This document shows positions 19,302-28,049 of a DNA stretch of 64,000 nt, piece after piece. This stretch comes from an uncultured Gammaproteobacteria bacterium (GTDB lineage: Bacteria; Patescibacteriota; Microgenomatia; UBA12405). The notes under the pieces are model-generated. The model ran no database searches and had not been told where the DNA came from. It was given only the letters and a program-made list of their open reading frames with translations. Position 1 is the first letter of the stretch. Each line of letters begins with the position of its first letter. The stretch spans positions 19-64,018 of the forward strand of contig CAYXDV010000002.1 in NCBI GenBank assembly GCA_964463925.1, read 5' to 3'. The translations under genes were made by a program, and so were the position numbers.

Positions 19302-19934
19302 GTGCCGGATATTTTACGCAAAATTCCTTGGCTCGATGGACTTCTGATTTTAGGTATTCTCTTGGTTAGTGCCGGCATAGGCTCAACTTTTAGATCGAAG
19401 CCAGCTTTTCCTTATTCTTCAGTAAAAGGGTCATCTACTACAACCGCTTCAAAACCAACTCAGAATCCACCAGTTCTGGTTCCAATTCAAGTCGACATTG
19501 CCGGTGCTGTACTCAAACCAGGGGTCTATAGTCTATCTTCCGGTAGTCGTATCCAAAATGTTTTAATCCTAGCCGGTGGCTTGTCGGCCAATGCCAATCG
19601 GCTTTGGGTAGCCCAAAATTTAAATCAAGCTCAAATCCTTGTTGACCAACAAAAAATTTACATCCCCAGTCAAAACGAAAGTCCCTCTTCCTACTCAAAT
19701 AAAACTAGTACCAATAACCAAGTTGGCACCTCCAGCTCTTCTACCAAGCCAAGTCTAAATCACAGTAGTCTAGAAGAGTTAGTCGCCGTCAATGGTATTG
19801 GCCCGGCCACCGCCAAAGCCATTATTGACTATCGTAATCAAAATGGAGACTTCAAAAGTCTAGAGGATCTAATGAAAATTCCCAACATTGGTGCCAAAAC
19901 CTTTGCCAAACTCGCCCCCCAGCTAAGTTTGTAA
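19302..19934 (+). CDS. comEA: competence protein ComEA (SLBB domain + tandem helix-hairpin-helix DNA-binding domain)
   Basis: N-terminal TM. SLBB-like segment VDIAGAVLKPGVYSLSSGSRIQNVLILAGG. C-terminal LEELVAVNGIGPATAKAIIDYRNQNGDFKSLEDLMKIPNIGAKTFAKL (HhH x2). Confidence 0.85.
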   Translation: MPDILRKIPWLDGLLILGILLVSAGIGSTFRSKPAFPYSSVKGSSTTTASKPTQNPPVLVPIQVDIAGAVLKPGVYSLSSGSRIQNVLILAGGLSANANRLWVAQNLNQAQILVDQQKIYIPSQNESPSSYSNKTSTNNQVGTSSSSTKPSLNHSSLEELVAVNGIGPATAKAIIDYRNQNGDFKSLEDLMKIPNIGAKTFAKLAPQLSL

Positions 19935-19955
19935 ACCATGGTTTATACTTAATTT

Positions 19956-20588
19956 ATGCCTGCCGCATTACTCCTTTGTCTGCCTGCCTTTTTGGCCTTT
20001 ATTTACAACTTCTTCCTTTCCAGTCTCGATTTTACTCCTCAACTGATTGCCATACTTTCAATTGCCCTAACCATTTACTCTCTAAAAACCAAAAACCTTT
20101 ATTTACCACTATTGGTGGCAATCATCTGCCTGCTTGTCTTTACTACCAGTGGGCTTACTTCGCCTTTTTTTATTCTCATTGATTTTCTTCTGTTTAGTAC
20201 TGCTTTTCTTTATCATCCTTTGCAAACCTTTACCCTAGCCAGTCTTCTGGTTTTTTTACTCGCCAACAGCATAGACGGCACTCTACGTTCCTGGGTCAAT
20301 TTAGGCGGACTCCTTCTAATTGTCCCCTTAGCCTGGCTGACAGCCAAATTCCAACAAAATTACACCAATAATCTACACGAGCTAGCCCAAGATCAAACCG
20401 ATATTGGCCTTTGGTTGCACCTAGAATTCAAACGGCGCTTACTAAAAAACTTGGAAATTCTAGAGTCACTTCTTAGTAAACCAGACTTATCCGAACGGAC
20501 CAAAAAAGATCTAGATACTGTCCTCCAACATGAAAAATATTTTCTTCACAGTAGTAAAAAATTATCTCAGGAACTAAGCCAAAAGTAA
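19956..20588 (+). CDS. hypothetical polytopic membrane protein with C-terminal cytoplasmic helical tail
   Basis: 4-5 predicted TM helices followed by a charged coiled-coil-like C-terminus. Confidence 0.5.
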   Translation: MPAALLLCLPAFLAFIYNFFLSSLDFTPQLIAILSIALTIYSLKTKNLYLPLLVAIICLLVFTTSGLTSPFFILIDFLLFSTAFLYHPLQTFTLASLLVFLLANSIDGTLRSWVNLGGLLLIVPLAWLTAKFQQNYTNNLHELAQDQTDIGLWLHLEFKRRLLKNLEILESLLSKPDLSERTKKDLDTVLQHEKYFLHSSKKLSQELSQK

Positions 20589-20594
20589 AACAAC

Positions 20595-21314
20595 TTGCTA
20601 CACTTATTCATGCTTCTGTGGCTAAATATTTTTTTTCATTTTCTCTATCCCCTTTTTGCCCAAAATTATTCTTCTTCCAATTTCAAAATCGATTTTGGCA
20701 ATATTAATCTAACTAGCGGCAGCAAAACCTCACCGAGTTTTAATCTAACCGATACCGTAGGCCAAAACGCTCCGGGACAATTTAACAGCTCCACTACCCT
20801 CATCAAATCTGGTTTTCAATATATTTATGATAACTTTAAATTTTTCAAGTTTTCCATTTCTAATCTAAATATCGCTTTTGGTTCTTTGGTTCCCGGTACA
20901 CCAAGCACAGCCACCAACACTCTGACTATTACCACTCCCTATGGTCAAGGATACAATATTTTAGCTCTGGAAACTAATGCTCTAAGTAACCAGGTAGGCA
21001 ACACTATTCCCGACACTAAGTGTGACTCTAATACTTGCTCCGAATCAACTTCCGGAGCTTGGACTAGTAATTCCATTTATGGTTTTGGTCTAAATGCCTC
21101 CGGAGCCGGTTCTAGTGGAATTTTTAGCGCTAGTAGTCAATACCGCCAATTTGCCAATCAAAATTTAGGAGAATCTCCACAAATAATTGCTACTGAAAAT
21201 TCTTCGGTAACTAATCGTCAAACTACCATCACTTACAAAATCAACATCCCAGCTACCCAAGCCTCTGGTGACTACCAAAACAAGGTTATCTTTATTGCCA
21301 TACCCAAATACTAA
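20595..21314 (+). CDS. secreted beta-rich surface protein (WxL-like paralog family member A)
   Basis: Signal peptide. Motif GNTIPDTKCDSNTCSESTSGAWTSNSIYGFG and C-terminal GDYQNKVIFIAIPKY are shared with 22229..23740. Confidence 0.6.
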   Translation: MLHLFMLLWLNIFFHFLYPLFAQNYSSSNFKIDFGNINLTSGSKTSPSFNLTDTVGQNAPGQFNSSTTLIKSGFQYIYDNFKFFKFSISNLNIAFGSLVPGTPSTATNTLTITTPYGQGYNILALETNALSNQVGNTIPDTKCDSNTCSESTSGAWTSNSIYGFGLNASGAGSSGIFSASSQYRQFANQNLGESPQIIATENSSVTNRQTTITYKINIPATQASGDYQNKVIFIAIPKY

Positions 21315-21317
21315 CCT

Positions 21318-22178
21318 ATGCCCTTCTCCCTTTCCCTCTCTCCACCCAAAACTCAACTCAATCTTAATCCCGGTCAGCCAGCTAGTAAAGCTTATGACCT
21401 AATCAACGATAGCGATTCTCCTCAAACTCTAGAACTTCAAGTTTTACCTTGGAAGCCAACTGGTTACGATGGTGATTTCCAATTCTCCAAACAAAATTCG
21501 CCTTTTAGTTTCCATATAAATAATGCCGATATGCAGGGAAAAAATACCTTTACGTTGGCCCCAGGACAAAAACAGCAAATAGTGTTGGGGCTTAGCACTC
21601 CCACTTCCGCAATGACAGGAGACTATTATTTCACTGTTTTTTTTAATCAGGTTAATCCCTTAAATCCAGAAATCAACTCAAGTCAAAGTTCTGGCCAAAT
21701 CGGTTCCAACTTATTAATCCACCTTGGCAGTTCCGAAGCCAAAACCTTAGCAGTTGATAAGTTGGATCTGCCAAAATTAGTTGATTCTGTTTTCTCGCCA
21801 TTAACTATCGCCGGCTTAGTTCAAAATCCAACCAATAGTTTTTTTAATTTTACCGGTTATTTAGAATTAAAGTACCAAAATAAGATCACCAGTCAAATCG
21901 TACTTGCCGGAGACACTATTTTAGCCAACCACGCTCGCTTCTTACGTTGTGTTGACAATCCAGAATCCAACAACCCACAAATAATTCCTTGTCAAATTAA
22001 AAAGCCATTACCTCCAGGAATTTATACGCTTACTCTCCATTCGACTGATGATATACAGCTTACTGGAACTACTAGTCACACTTTTTTTGTTTTTCCAATA
22101 TATCTCTCAATCATCTTTGCTCTGGCTATTCTTACCTCAACTTTAGTTTATCTCTTTTTTAGAAAACACAAAAAATAG
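21318..22178 (+). CDS. surface protein with C-terminal TM anchor (DUF916/CscA-like architecture)
   Basis: N-terminal LSLSPPKTQLNLNPGQ (compare LTAIPPRLELEGKPGE in 23742..24683). Beta-rich body. C-terminal TM helix plus short basic tail (FRKHKK). Confidence 0.55.
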   Translation: MPFSLSLSPPKTQLNLNPGQPASKAYDLINDSDSPQTLELQVLPWKPTGYDGDFQFSKQNSPFSFHINNADMQGKNTFTLAPGQKQQIVLGLSTPTSAMTGDYYFTVFFNQVNPLNPEINSSQSSGQIGSNLLIHLGSSEAKTLAVDKLDLPKLVDSVFSPLTIAGLVQNPTNSFFNFTGYLELKYQNKITSQIVLAGDTILANHARFLRCVDNPESNNPQIIPCQIKKPLPPGIYTLTLHSTDDIQLTGTTSHTFFVFPIYLSIIFALAILTSTLVYLFFRKHKK

Positions 22179-22228
22179 CTCCCGCTTGACTATCTTGATT
22201 TTTTAGACCATATTTATCTATATATAGA

Positions 22229-23740
22229 ATGAAAATTATAAAATTAACCACTGCCCTATTCGTAGTCTTTTTGTTTTACGCCTGGTTACACGTAGTCCAG
22301 CCAAATGCAGCCAACTTTACCAACATCAAAGATACTATGTCTTCCTCACAGTTATCTTATTTTGCTCGTATGGGTGCAGGTGTCTCTGGCGGTCAAAACG
22401 TGGCCACCATTTATACTTCCGGCTTCCCCAGCAATACAACTTCGAATTTGTTTGTAGGAGATACTATTGCTATCGGCCATACTGGACCTAGTACTGCACT
22501 AACACCTTATGTTGTCAGTGGCATTGGAAATACTGCTACTTTTAGCGTATCTTCCGCTCTAAATGTGGTCAATGCTGGAACATCTGTAGCCATCATCGCC
22601 ACTAGGTCAGCTACCCATACTCTAACTTTTGTACCTGTTAACGCCATTAGTAACGGAGCTTTCGAATTTCTAATCAAGGCCACCAGTCGCTCTGGCGAAA
22701 ACCGAGCCGACGGTATACCCGATCAACAAGGTTTTGATTTTGGTATGGCTGTTGGTTCTACTACTATTGGTCCAGGCACCTCCCTGGCAGCTGCTGATGT
22801 TGCATGTCCAACCGGTCTGGGTACAACAACGGTCACCCTCGGTCCTGGCACCACTGCTGTTGTAGGTGGCAATACCTATTTTTCCATTAAATGTGGCTAT
22901 TCAGGCACCAACTTGAATACTGGTACAACTTACACCATGGTTATCGGCCGTGCCCTGTCTACTGGTAGTCAACTGACTAACCCTGCTCCAGGCTTAAGTC
23001 ACACTGAAGGCTCAACTGAAACAGCTGGCACTCCCACTGATATTTATAGTTACTACATTCGCCATTTAAATTCTGCTGGCACAGTCATTGACTCTACTCA
23101 AGGTAAGTTAGCTGTAATTGAGGCTGTTCGTGTCACTGCCACCGTTGATCCAATTATTTCCTTCTTTATCGACAATGTTGGTAGCGGTTCTACGGCTACA
23201 AGTGGCACTGCAATTGCTGTTGGTGAAACTCGCTGTGGTGCTCCTATGGGCTCTGGTCAATCTAGTGTCAACGGCACTTCAGCCACTTTTGGTAGCTTAA
23301 GTATTAATGCTTTTAGTACCATTGCCCAACGCTTGTCCGTAGTTACTAACGCAGCCAATGGCTACACTCTAACCGCCTACGAAGATAAATACATGACCAA
23401 CGGAGTAGGTCAAACAATACCCGATACTTCATGCGACTCCAGTTGTACTTCCAGCACTCCAACCGAGTGGAATACAGCCACTAATTATGGTCTTGGCTAT
23501 TCTCTGGAAGCTCTAAATGGCACCACTACCCAATCTTTTAATTACAACGATTCTGGTAACACTTTCCGTTCGAAACGTTTCGGGTTTGGCTCAGGCAACG
23601 CCGCTACCCTGCTCTCTAGAACTAGCGTTCCGGCCAACACTGAACGTACTTATGTCTGCTATCGTATCGCTATTGGTACAGCTCAACCTGCAGGTGATTA
23701 CGAAGGAAGAGTTATTTATACTGCCACCGCTACTTTCTAA
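22229..23740 (+). CDS. secreted Gly/Thr-rich surface protein (WxL-like paralog family member B)
   Basis: Signal peptide. GQTIPDTSCDSSCTSSTPTEWNTATNYGLGYS and C-terminal GDYEGRVIYTATATF parallel the motifs of 20595..21314. Confidence 0.6.
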   Translation: MKIIKLTTALFVVFLFYAWLHVVQPNAANFTNIKDTMSSSQLSYFARMGAGVSGGQNVATIYTSGFPSNTTSNLFVGDTIAIGHTGPSTALTPYVVSGIGNTATFSVSSALNVVNAGTSVAIIATRSATHTLTFVPVNAISNGAFEFLIKATSRSGENRADGIPDQQGFDFGMAVGSTTIGPGTSLAAADVACPTGLGTTTVTLGPGTTAVVGGNTYFSIKCGYSGTNLNTGTTYTMVIGRALSTGSQLTNPAPGLSHTEGSTETAGTPTDIYSYYIRHLNSAGTVIDSTQGKLAVIEAVRVTATVDPIISFFIDNVGSGSTATSGTAIAVGETRCGAPMGSGQSSVNGTSATFGSLSINAFSTIAQRLSVVTNAANGYTLTAYEDKYMTNGVGQTIPDTSCDSSCTSSTPTEWNTATNYGLGYSLEALNGTTTQSFNYNDSGNTFRSKRFGFGSGNAATLLSRTSVPANTERTYVCYRIAIGTAQPAGDYEGRVIYTATATF

Positions 23741-23741
23741 T

Positions 23742-24683
23742 ATGTCAAAATCTGCCCAAAAACTAAATTTCATTTTTCTTCTTGCTACTATTTTTTATTT
23801 GTTTACCAAATCAGCAATAGCCCAAGATGCCACTGCCAATGGTTTTGGTCTAACTGCTATCCCGCCCAGACTTGAATTAGAAGGAAAACCAGGAGAAGTA
23901 ATCACTAAAGTCTTAAAAATTCGCAATGAAACCAATCAAGAAAAAGTCTTATCTTCAAGCATTAAGGATTTTGTTGTCCTAGACGAAAAAGGGACACCTG
24001 TTCGTATTGAAAACCTTCCAGACGGTTCTAACAAATGGGCTCTGTCCCCTTGGCTGCAAATAAGTCAAACTAATTTCAAATTAAAACCAGGAGAAACCAA
24101 AGCTTATACTGTTACCGCCATCATCCCAGATGATGCCACTGCTGGTGCTCATTATGCTGTTGTTCTACACTCAATCAGCAACGAAACAATTTTAGGTGCC
24201 AGTGGAAATGCTATTCAGCCAGAAGTTGGAACTTTAATTTATTTGCGCATACCTGGAGAAATCAAAGAAGAGGCTACTGCCCTAATTGATGTCCCTAAAT
24301 TTTCTGAATTTGGTCCAATAAACCTAAAAACAACAGTTTTAAATAAATCTGACATCCATCTAGCTCCACAAGGTCAAATAGAAATTACTGATCTTTTGGG
24401 TCGCAAATTCGCCCTACCTTTTGAAGCAGGAAATATCTTTCCACAAACCAGCCGAAACTTTAATACTCTACTCAACAAAAAATGGCTTTTTGGTCGCTTT
24501 AGAGCTGAGCTAGTAGCTACCTATGGTAGTCAAGGCCAACTCTTGAACCCTGTGGTTTTCTTCTGGGTATTGCCAATCCGTTTAATCTTAGCCTTAATAA
24601 CTATTTTCTGCTTACTTATAGGTATTATTCTAATCTTCCAAACTCCAAGTGGCCAGAAAAATAAATCTGCCAATCGTCCTTAG
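23742..24683 (+). CDS. surface protein with signal peptide and C-terminal TM anchor (DUF916/CscA-like)
   Basis: Start reassigned to MSKSAQKL (the ATG immediately after the upstream stop). LTAIPPRLELEGKPGE motif. C-terminal TM helix plus basic tail. Confidence 0.6.
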   Translation: MSKSAQKLNFIFLLATIFYLFTKSAIAQDATANGFGLTAIPPRLELEGKPGEVITKVLKIRNETNQEKVLSSSIKDFVVLDEKGTPVRIENLPDGSNKWALSPWLQISQTNFKLKPGETKAYTVTAIIPDDATAGAHYAVVLHSISNETILGASGNAIQPEVGTLIYLRIPGEIKEEATALIDVPKFSEFGPINLKTTVLNKSDIHLAPQGQIEITDLLGRKFALPFEAGNIFPQTSRNFNTLLNKKWLFGRFRAELVATYGSQGQLLNPVVFFWVLPIRLILALITIFCLLIGIILIFQTPSGQKNKSANRP

Positions 24684-25458
24684 CTACTTAGCCGCCGTTC
24701 CACTTACTGCTCGAATTGGCTATAGTCAGCCTTTTACTCTTTTTGGTTATACTAGCAGTAATTCTTACGTTCAGCTTCAAGCACCGTCGACCTCAGCTCA
24801 AACTATATCCGATAGCACTGGCTATTTTGAGTTTAGCCAAATTATCCTTCCAACTCAAGCGAAAGAATTGTGCTTTACTAGCAAAGACTCTGCAAATCGT
24901 AGCAATCCTCCAATTTGCATTGTTACTCCAAATTTTTCAAAAAATTACCAAAAGGTAGGGCCAATATTACTTGCACCAACTCTGAGTTTGTCAAATTCCA
25001 ATCCAAAACCGGGAGAAACTCTTATTGCTTCAGGCCAAACTATCCCCAACCGTCCCCTTACAATAAATCTCTATGCCCAAAATCCCACTGCCCCCAATTT
25101 TCCCAAATCAGCTATGGCAGCCTCAAATACCCAAATTTTACAGATTCCTATTCAAGCTGATACTCAGGGAAATTTTAGCCTCAACTTACCCACCACCAAA
25201 GCCACAGCATACAAAGTAATTGCTCAGACGATTTTTGAAACCAACAATCTATCTCCGCCTTCTTTCCCACTCTATTTTTCTCTACCAACCCTTCTGATTT
25301 TCTTGTTACAAATTCTACCAATTTTCGTCTTGTTTCTACCACTTTTGTGTCTGTTTTTCTTTCTCCTTTTTATTCAACACCAAACTAAACCACATTTTTA
25401 TCCCGCACTGTATCCTAAACAATTAATTCCCTACTCCAATTTATGTCCAAAATCCTAA
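24649..25458 (+). CDS. Ig-like surface protein with C-terminal TM anchor
   Basis: Beta-rich body with a very hydrophobic C-terminus (LLIFLLQILPIFVLFLPLLCLFFFLLF). The track start overlaps the upstream gene by 35 nt, so the true start is uncertain. Confidence 0.45.
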   Translation: MARKINLPIVLSYLAAVPLTARIGYSQPFTLFGYTSSNSYVQLQAPSTSAQTISDSTGYFEFSQIILPTQAKELCFTSKDSANRSNPPICIVTPNFSKNYQKVGPILLAPTLSLSNSNPKPGETLIASGQTIPNRPLTINLYAQNPTAPNFPKSAMAASNTQILQIPIQADTQGNFSLNLPTTKATAYKVIAQTIFETNNLSPPSFPLYFSLPTLLIFLLQILPIFVLFLPLLCLFFFLLFIQHQTKPHFYPALYPKQLIPYSNLCPKS

Positions 25459-25859
25459 AGCTATTTATTCTACTAGTTCTCTTACTCTCCTTGTTTTTTA
25501 GCAGCTATTACCTGGCCAAAATCACTGTTCTTAGCAGTAGGGCTTCCAACTATGTTACTGTTCTCAACCCAGACAATTCTTATGTCTTTGCCTCTCCTGT
25601 TGCTGCCAAAGCTGACAACGATCAACGTATTCGAATTACTGTATTTTTACTAAACAACCAGGGACTGCCAGTTGTTGGAGCCACAGTCAAACTAACCACT
25701 TCCCGTCAAACTGTAAATATTAGTCAGGTCTCCCCACAAACTGACGAAACGGGTAAGGCTTATTTCGATTTAAACAGCAATCTGGCTGGGCCAGCTACTA
25801 TCCTAGCTAGTATAGAATCCCAAACCCTACCCCAAAAAATCACCGTCAGTTTCTACTAA
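25443..25859 (+). CDS. membrane-anchored bacterial Ig-like (Big-1/invasin-like) domain protein
   Basis: N-terminal TM. IRITVFLLNNQGLPVVGATVKL...TDETGKAYFDLNS...ATILASI matches the Big_1 domain pattern. Confidence 0.5.
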   Translation: MSKILKLFILLVLLLSLFFSSYYLAKITVLSSRASNYVTVLNPDNSYVFASPVAAKADNDQRIRITVFLLNNQGLPVVGATVKLTTSRQTVNISQVSPQTDETGKAYFDLNSNLAGPATILASIESQTLPQKITVSFY

Positions 25860-26479
25860 GCCAGCCTTTTCTCCACTACTCCCCAATCAATTATCTGCCG
25901 AACGGCTGCCAAGTATTCAGCTCTCCTGTTTTGATACTTTAAATAATAAGCATGTTCCCACACATCAATTCCCAAAAGTGGCTTCTTACCTTGCATAACT
26001 GGATTATCTTGGTTAGCCGTAGTCACAATCTCTAGTAAACCATTGCCACCAATCACTAGCCAAACCCATCCGCTGCCAAATCTACTCAAACCAGCTTTAG
26101 TCATTTCTTCCCAAAAAGTAGCCAAACTCCCAAATCTTTCTTCCAACTTCTTCTGCAAACTTTCACTTGGTTTATTATCCACCTCTGGTGATTTTAACTG
26201 CTCCCACCATAACCTGTGATTGAAATCACCCCCAGCATTGTTAACTACTCCGCTTCTTATCATCTCAGGGAGTAAAGAATAACTAAGTAGCATTTGCTCT
26301 GTTGTCATTTCAACAAATTTTTGTCCTGCAATCTCTAGATTTGGATTTGCTTCTAATATTTTATTTAGATTATTTACATAAGCCTGATGATGAGCACTCC
26401 AATGTATCTCCATTGTTTTTGCATCAATTACTGGCTCCAAACTCTCAAAACTATAATTTAATGGTCTCAACGTGATCAT
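25856..26479 (-). CDS. sodA: Fe/Mn superoxide dismutase
   Basis: HWSAHHQAYVNNLN and DVWEHAYYLKYQNRRAEY are canonical Fe/Mn-SOD metal-ligand segments. 207 aa. Confidence 0.95.
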   Translation of the reverse strand: MITLRPLNYSFESLEPVIDAKTMEIHWSAHHQAYVNNLNKILEANPNLEIAGQKFVEMTTEQMLLSYSLLPEMIRSGVVNNAGGDFNHRLWWEQLKSPEVDNKPSESLQKKLEERFGSLATFWEEMTKAGLSRFGSGWVWLVIGGNGLLEIVTTANQDNPVMQGKKPLLGIDVWEHAYYLKYQNRRAEYLAAVRQIIDWGVVEKRLA

Positions 26480-26486
26480 ATATTTA

Positions 26487-26921
26487 TTATTTAAATGTTA
26501 ATATAACTTCGCCAGGTAATGGAACGCCGTTGACGCTAGCAGTCAATGCAAACTGTCCAGAGACACTTGAAGTTGCTTCAAAACTAGCCATACCATCAGT
26601 ATCCGTCTTTGCTTCCCTGCCTTCCAAGCTTGGCAAGCCACTTACTGTCACCACTTTAGCGGCCACCCCTCTACTTTCTGCATCGCGGACAAAAACCAAG
26701 AATTTGGCAACATCTTTACCATCAGCTACAGCCGTTAATTTAGATCCCAAAACATAAGACTCAGACAAAGAAATACTCCCCGCAGGCGCTGCCTTGGTCA
26801 ATAAAACCACCCCTCTAGCAACCAAGTTGCTACCCAGCAATAACAAAAAAGCTAAGCCCAAAAACAAAACAGTCAAATTTCTTAAATCTTTATGTTCTCT
26901 CAACCACATCCATAGATTCAT
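26487..26921 (-). CDS. membrane-anchored Ig-like (Big-1-like) domain protein, paralogous architecture to 25443..25859
   Basis: N-terminal TM. VAAKVVTVSGLPSLEGREAKTDTDGMASFEATSSVSGQFALTASV follows the same Big_1-type pattern. Confidence 0.5.
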   Translation of the reverse strand: MNLWMWLREHKDLRNLTVLFLGLAFLLLLGSNLVARGVVLLTKAAPAGSISLSESYVLGSKLTAVADGKDVAKFLVFVRDAESRGVAAKVVTVSGLPSLEGREAKTDTDGMASFEATSSVSGQFALTASVNGVPLPGEVILTFK

Positions 26922-27629
26922 TATATTTATTATATAGTATATATTGAATTAATATTACTGATATCTACGCGTGCAAATATTACAAGACTAAATTAGCAAA
27001 AAAATGAGTTATCTGCTATCAAACGGTCTGCAAAAAGATTCCGAATAGTATTGAAGAAAACATACACTAAAAGATTAGAATCAAACACAGAGAAACACCC
27101 ATATAAATACTAAATTTTCCTAGTATTCTTTCTATTCGCAAACCAGTGATACTCTTTCGGGGTAGAAAAATACATTTTTTAAAAGACAATATCTAGCTAA
27201 AATACTAGTATCAAACATGATCAGCCCGCAATTTTACTTTTCCGCATTTCTCCGAAACATATTTTTTTGCCTGTGATCATTTTTACAGTATATATATCAG
27301 TTCTATATATATCGATAGTATATAGTTCCCTGTTTTTAGTACTAGTGAAAATTAACCGCAACTAATTTTCGGCAAAAATTATATATTTTGATCATTTCAT
27401 TAAATATATCAAACAAAGACAAACCTTCTCTAGTTAGTCCTTGACACAGCTATTATAGTAGTTCATCATGATAATTAATTACAAATTTATCGTTGATAAA
27501 CATGTATAAAAAAGCACTATTTGAATCTGAGAAATTATCACCGCAAAATTTAATCCCCTGGCTTATTTTGTTGTCAGCCTACTTCTTTATTTGGCGCTAA
27601 AAAAAACTTTTAGTTTTTATTAACATCTA

Positions 27630-28049
27630 ATGCTTGCTGCCTTTTCTCTCTGGTTAAAAAATAAACCGTATACCACCCATACACAGAGAAATTACCTAGT
27701 AGATATCCGTAAATTTTTAACTTGGACCCAATCTCAACCAAGCTCAAAATTTAACCAAAAACTCCTAATTAGCTATTTATCCCTTATCTCTCAGGAAAAA
27801 AGCTATTCAAGACAGTTGGCATCTATAAAGCTCTTTTGCCAGTTTGCCAAAGACCAGAACTTGACTGCTTCTGATATATTTGCCTCTAGCCTTAAAGCTA
27901 TTACTCATCTCGGTAATTCAGAAATTATCAATCAGCAAAACCTACTTGCGGAATATGCTCATTGGTTAAAACTCCAAAAAGTCTCCAAGTCCACTCTTCG
28001 AAACTATCTTAGCGACCTTAATGATTATCTAAACTGGCTCCATGCTTAA
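27630..28049 (+). CDS. stand-alone tyrosine-recombinase N-terminal SAM-like (core-binding) domain repeats, no catalytic domain
   Basis: Two repeats resembling XerD/phage-integrase N-terminal domains (AFSLWLKNK...TQRNYLVDIRKFLTW and LLAEYAHWLKLQKVSKSTLRNYLSDLNDYLNWL). The stop overlaps the ATG of the giant gene (ATGCTTAA), +1 frame. Confidence 0.45.
   Translation: MLAAFSLWLKNKPYTTHTQRNYLVDIRKFLTWTQSQPSSKFNQKLLISYLSLISQEKSYSRQLASIKLFCQFAKDQNLTASDIFASSLKAITHLGNSEIINQQNLLAEYAHWLKLQKVSKSTLRNYLSDLNDYLNWLHA

Noticed and set aside
26530-26757. 75-aa plus-strand ORF
   Set aside because: It lies entirely antisense within the Big-like gene 26487..26921, and its Ala/Ser/Thr-rich composition mirrors the sense strand.
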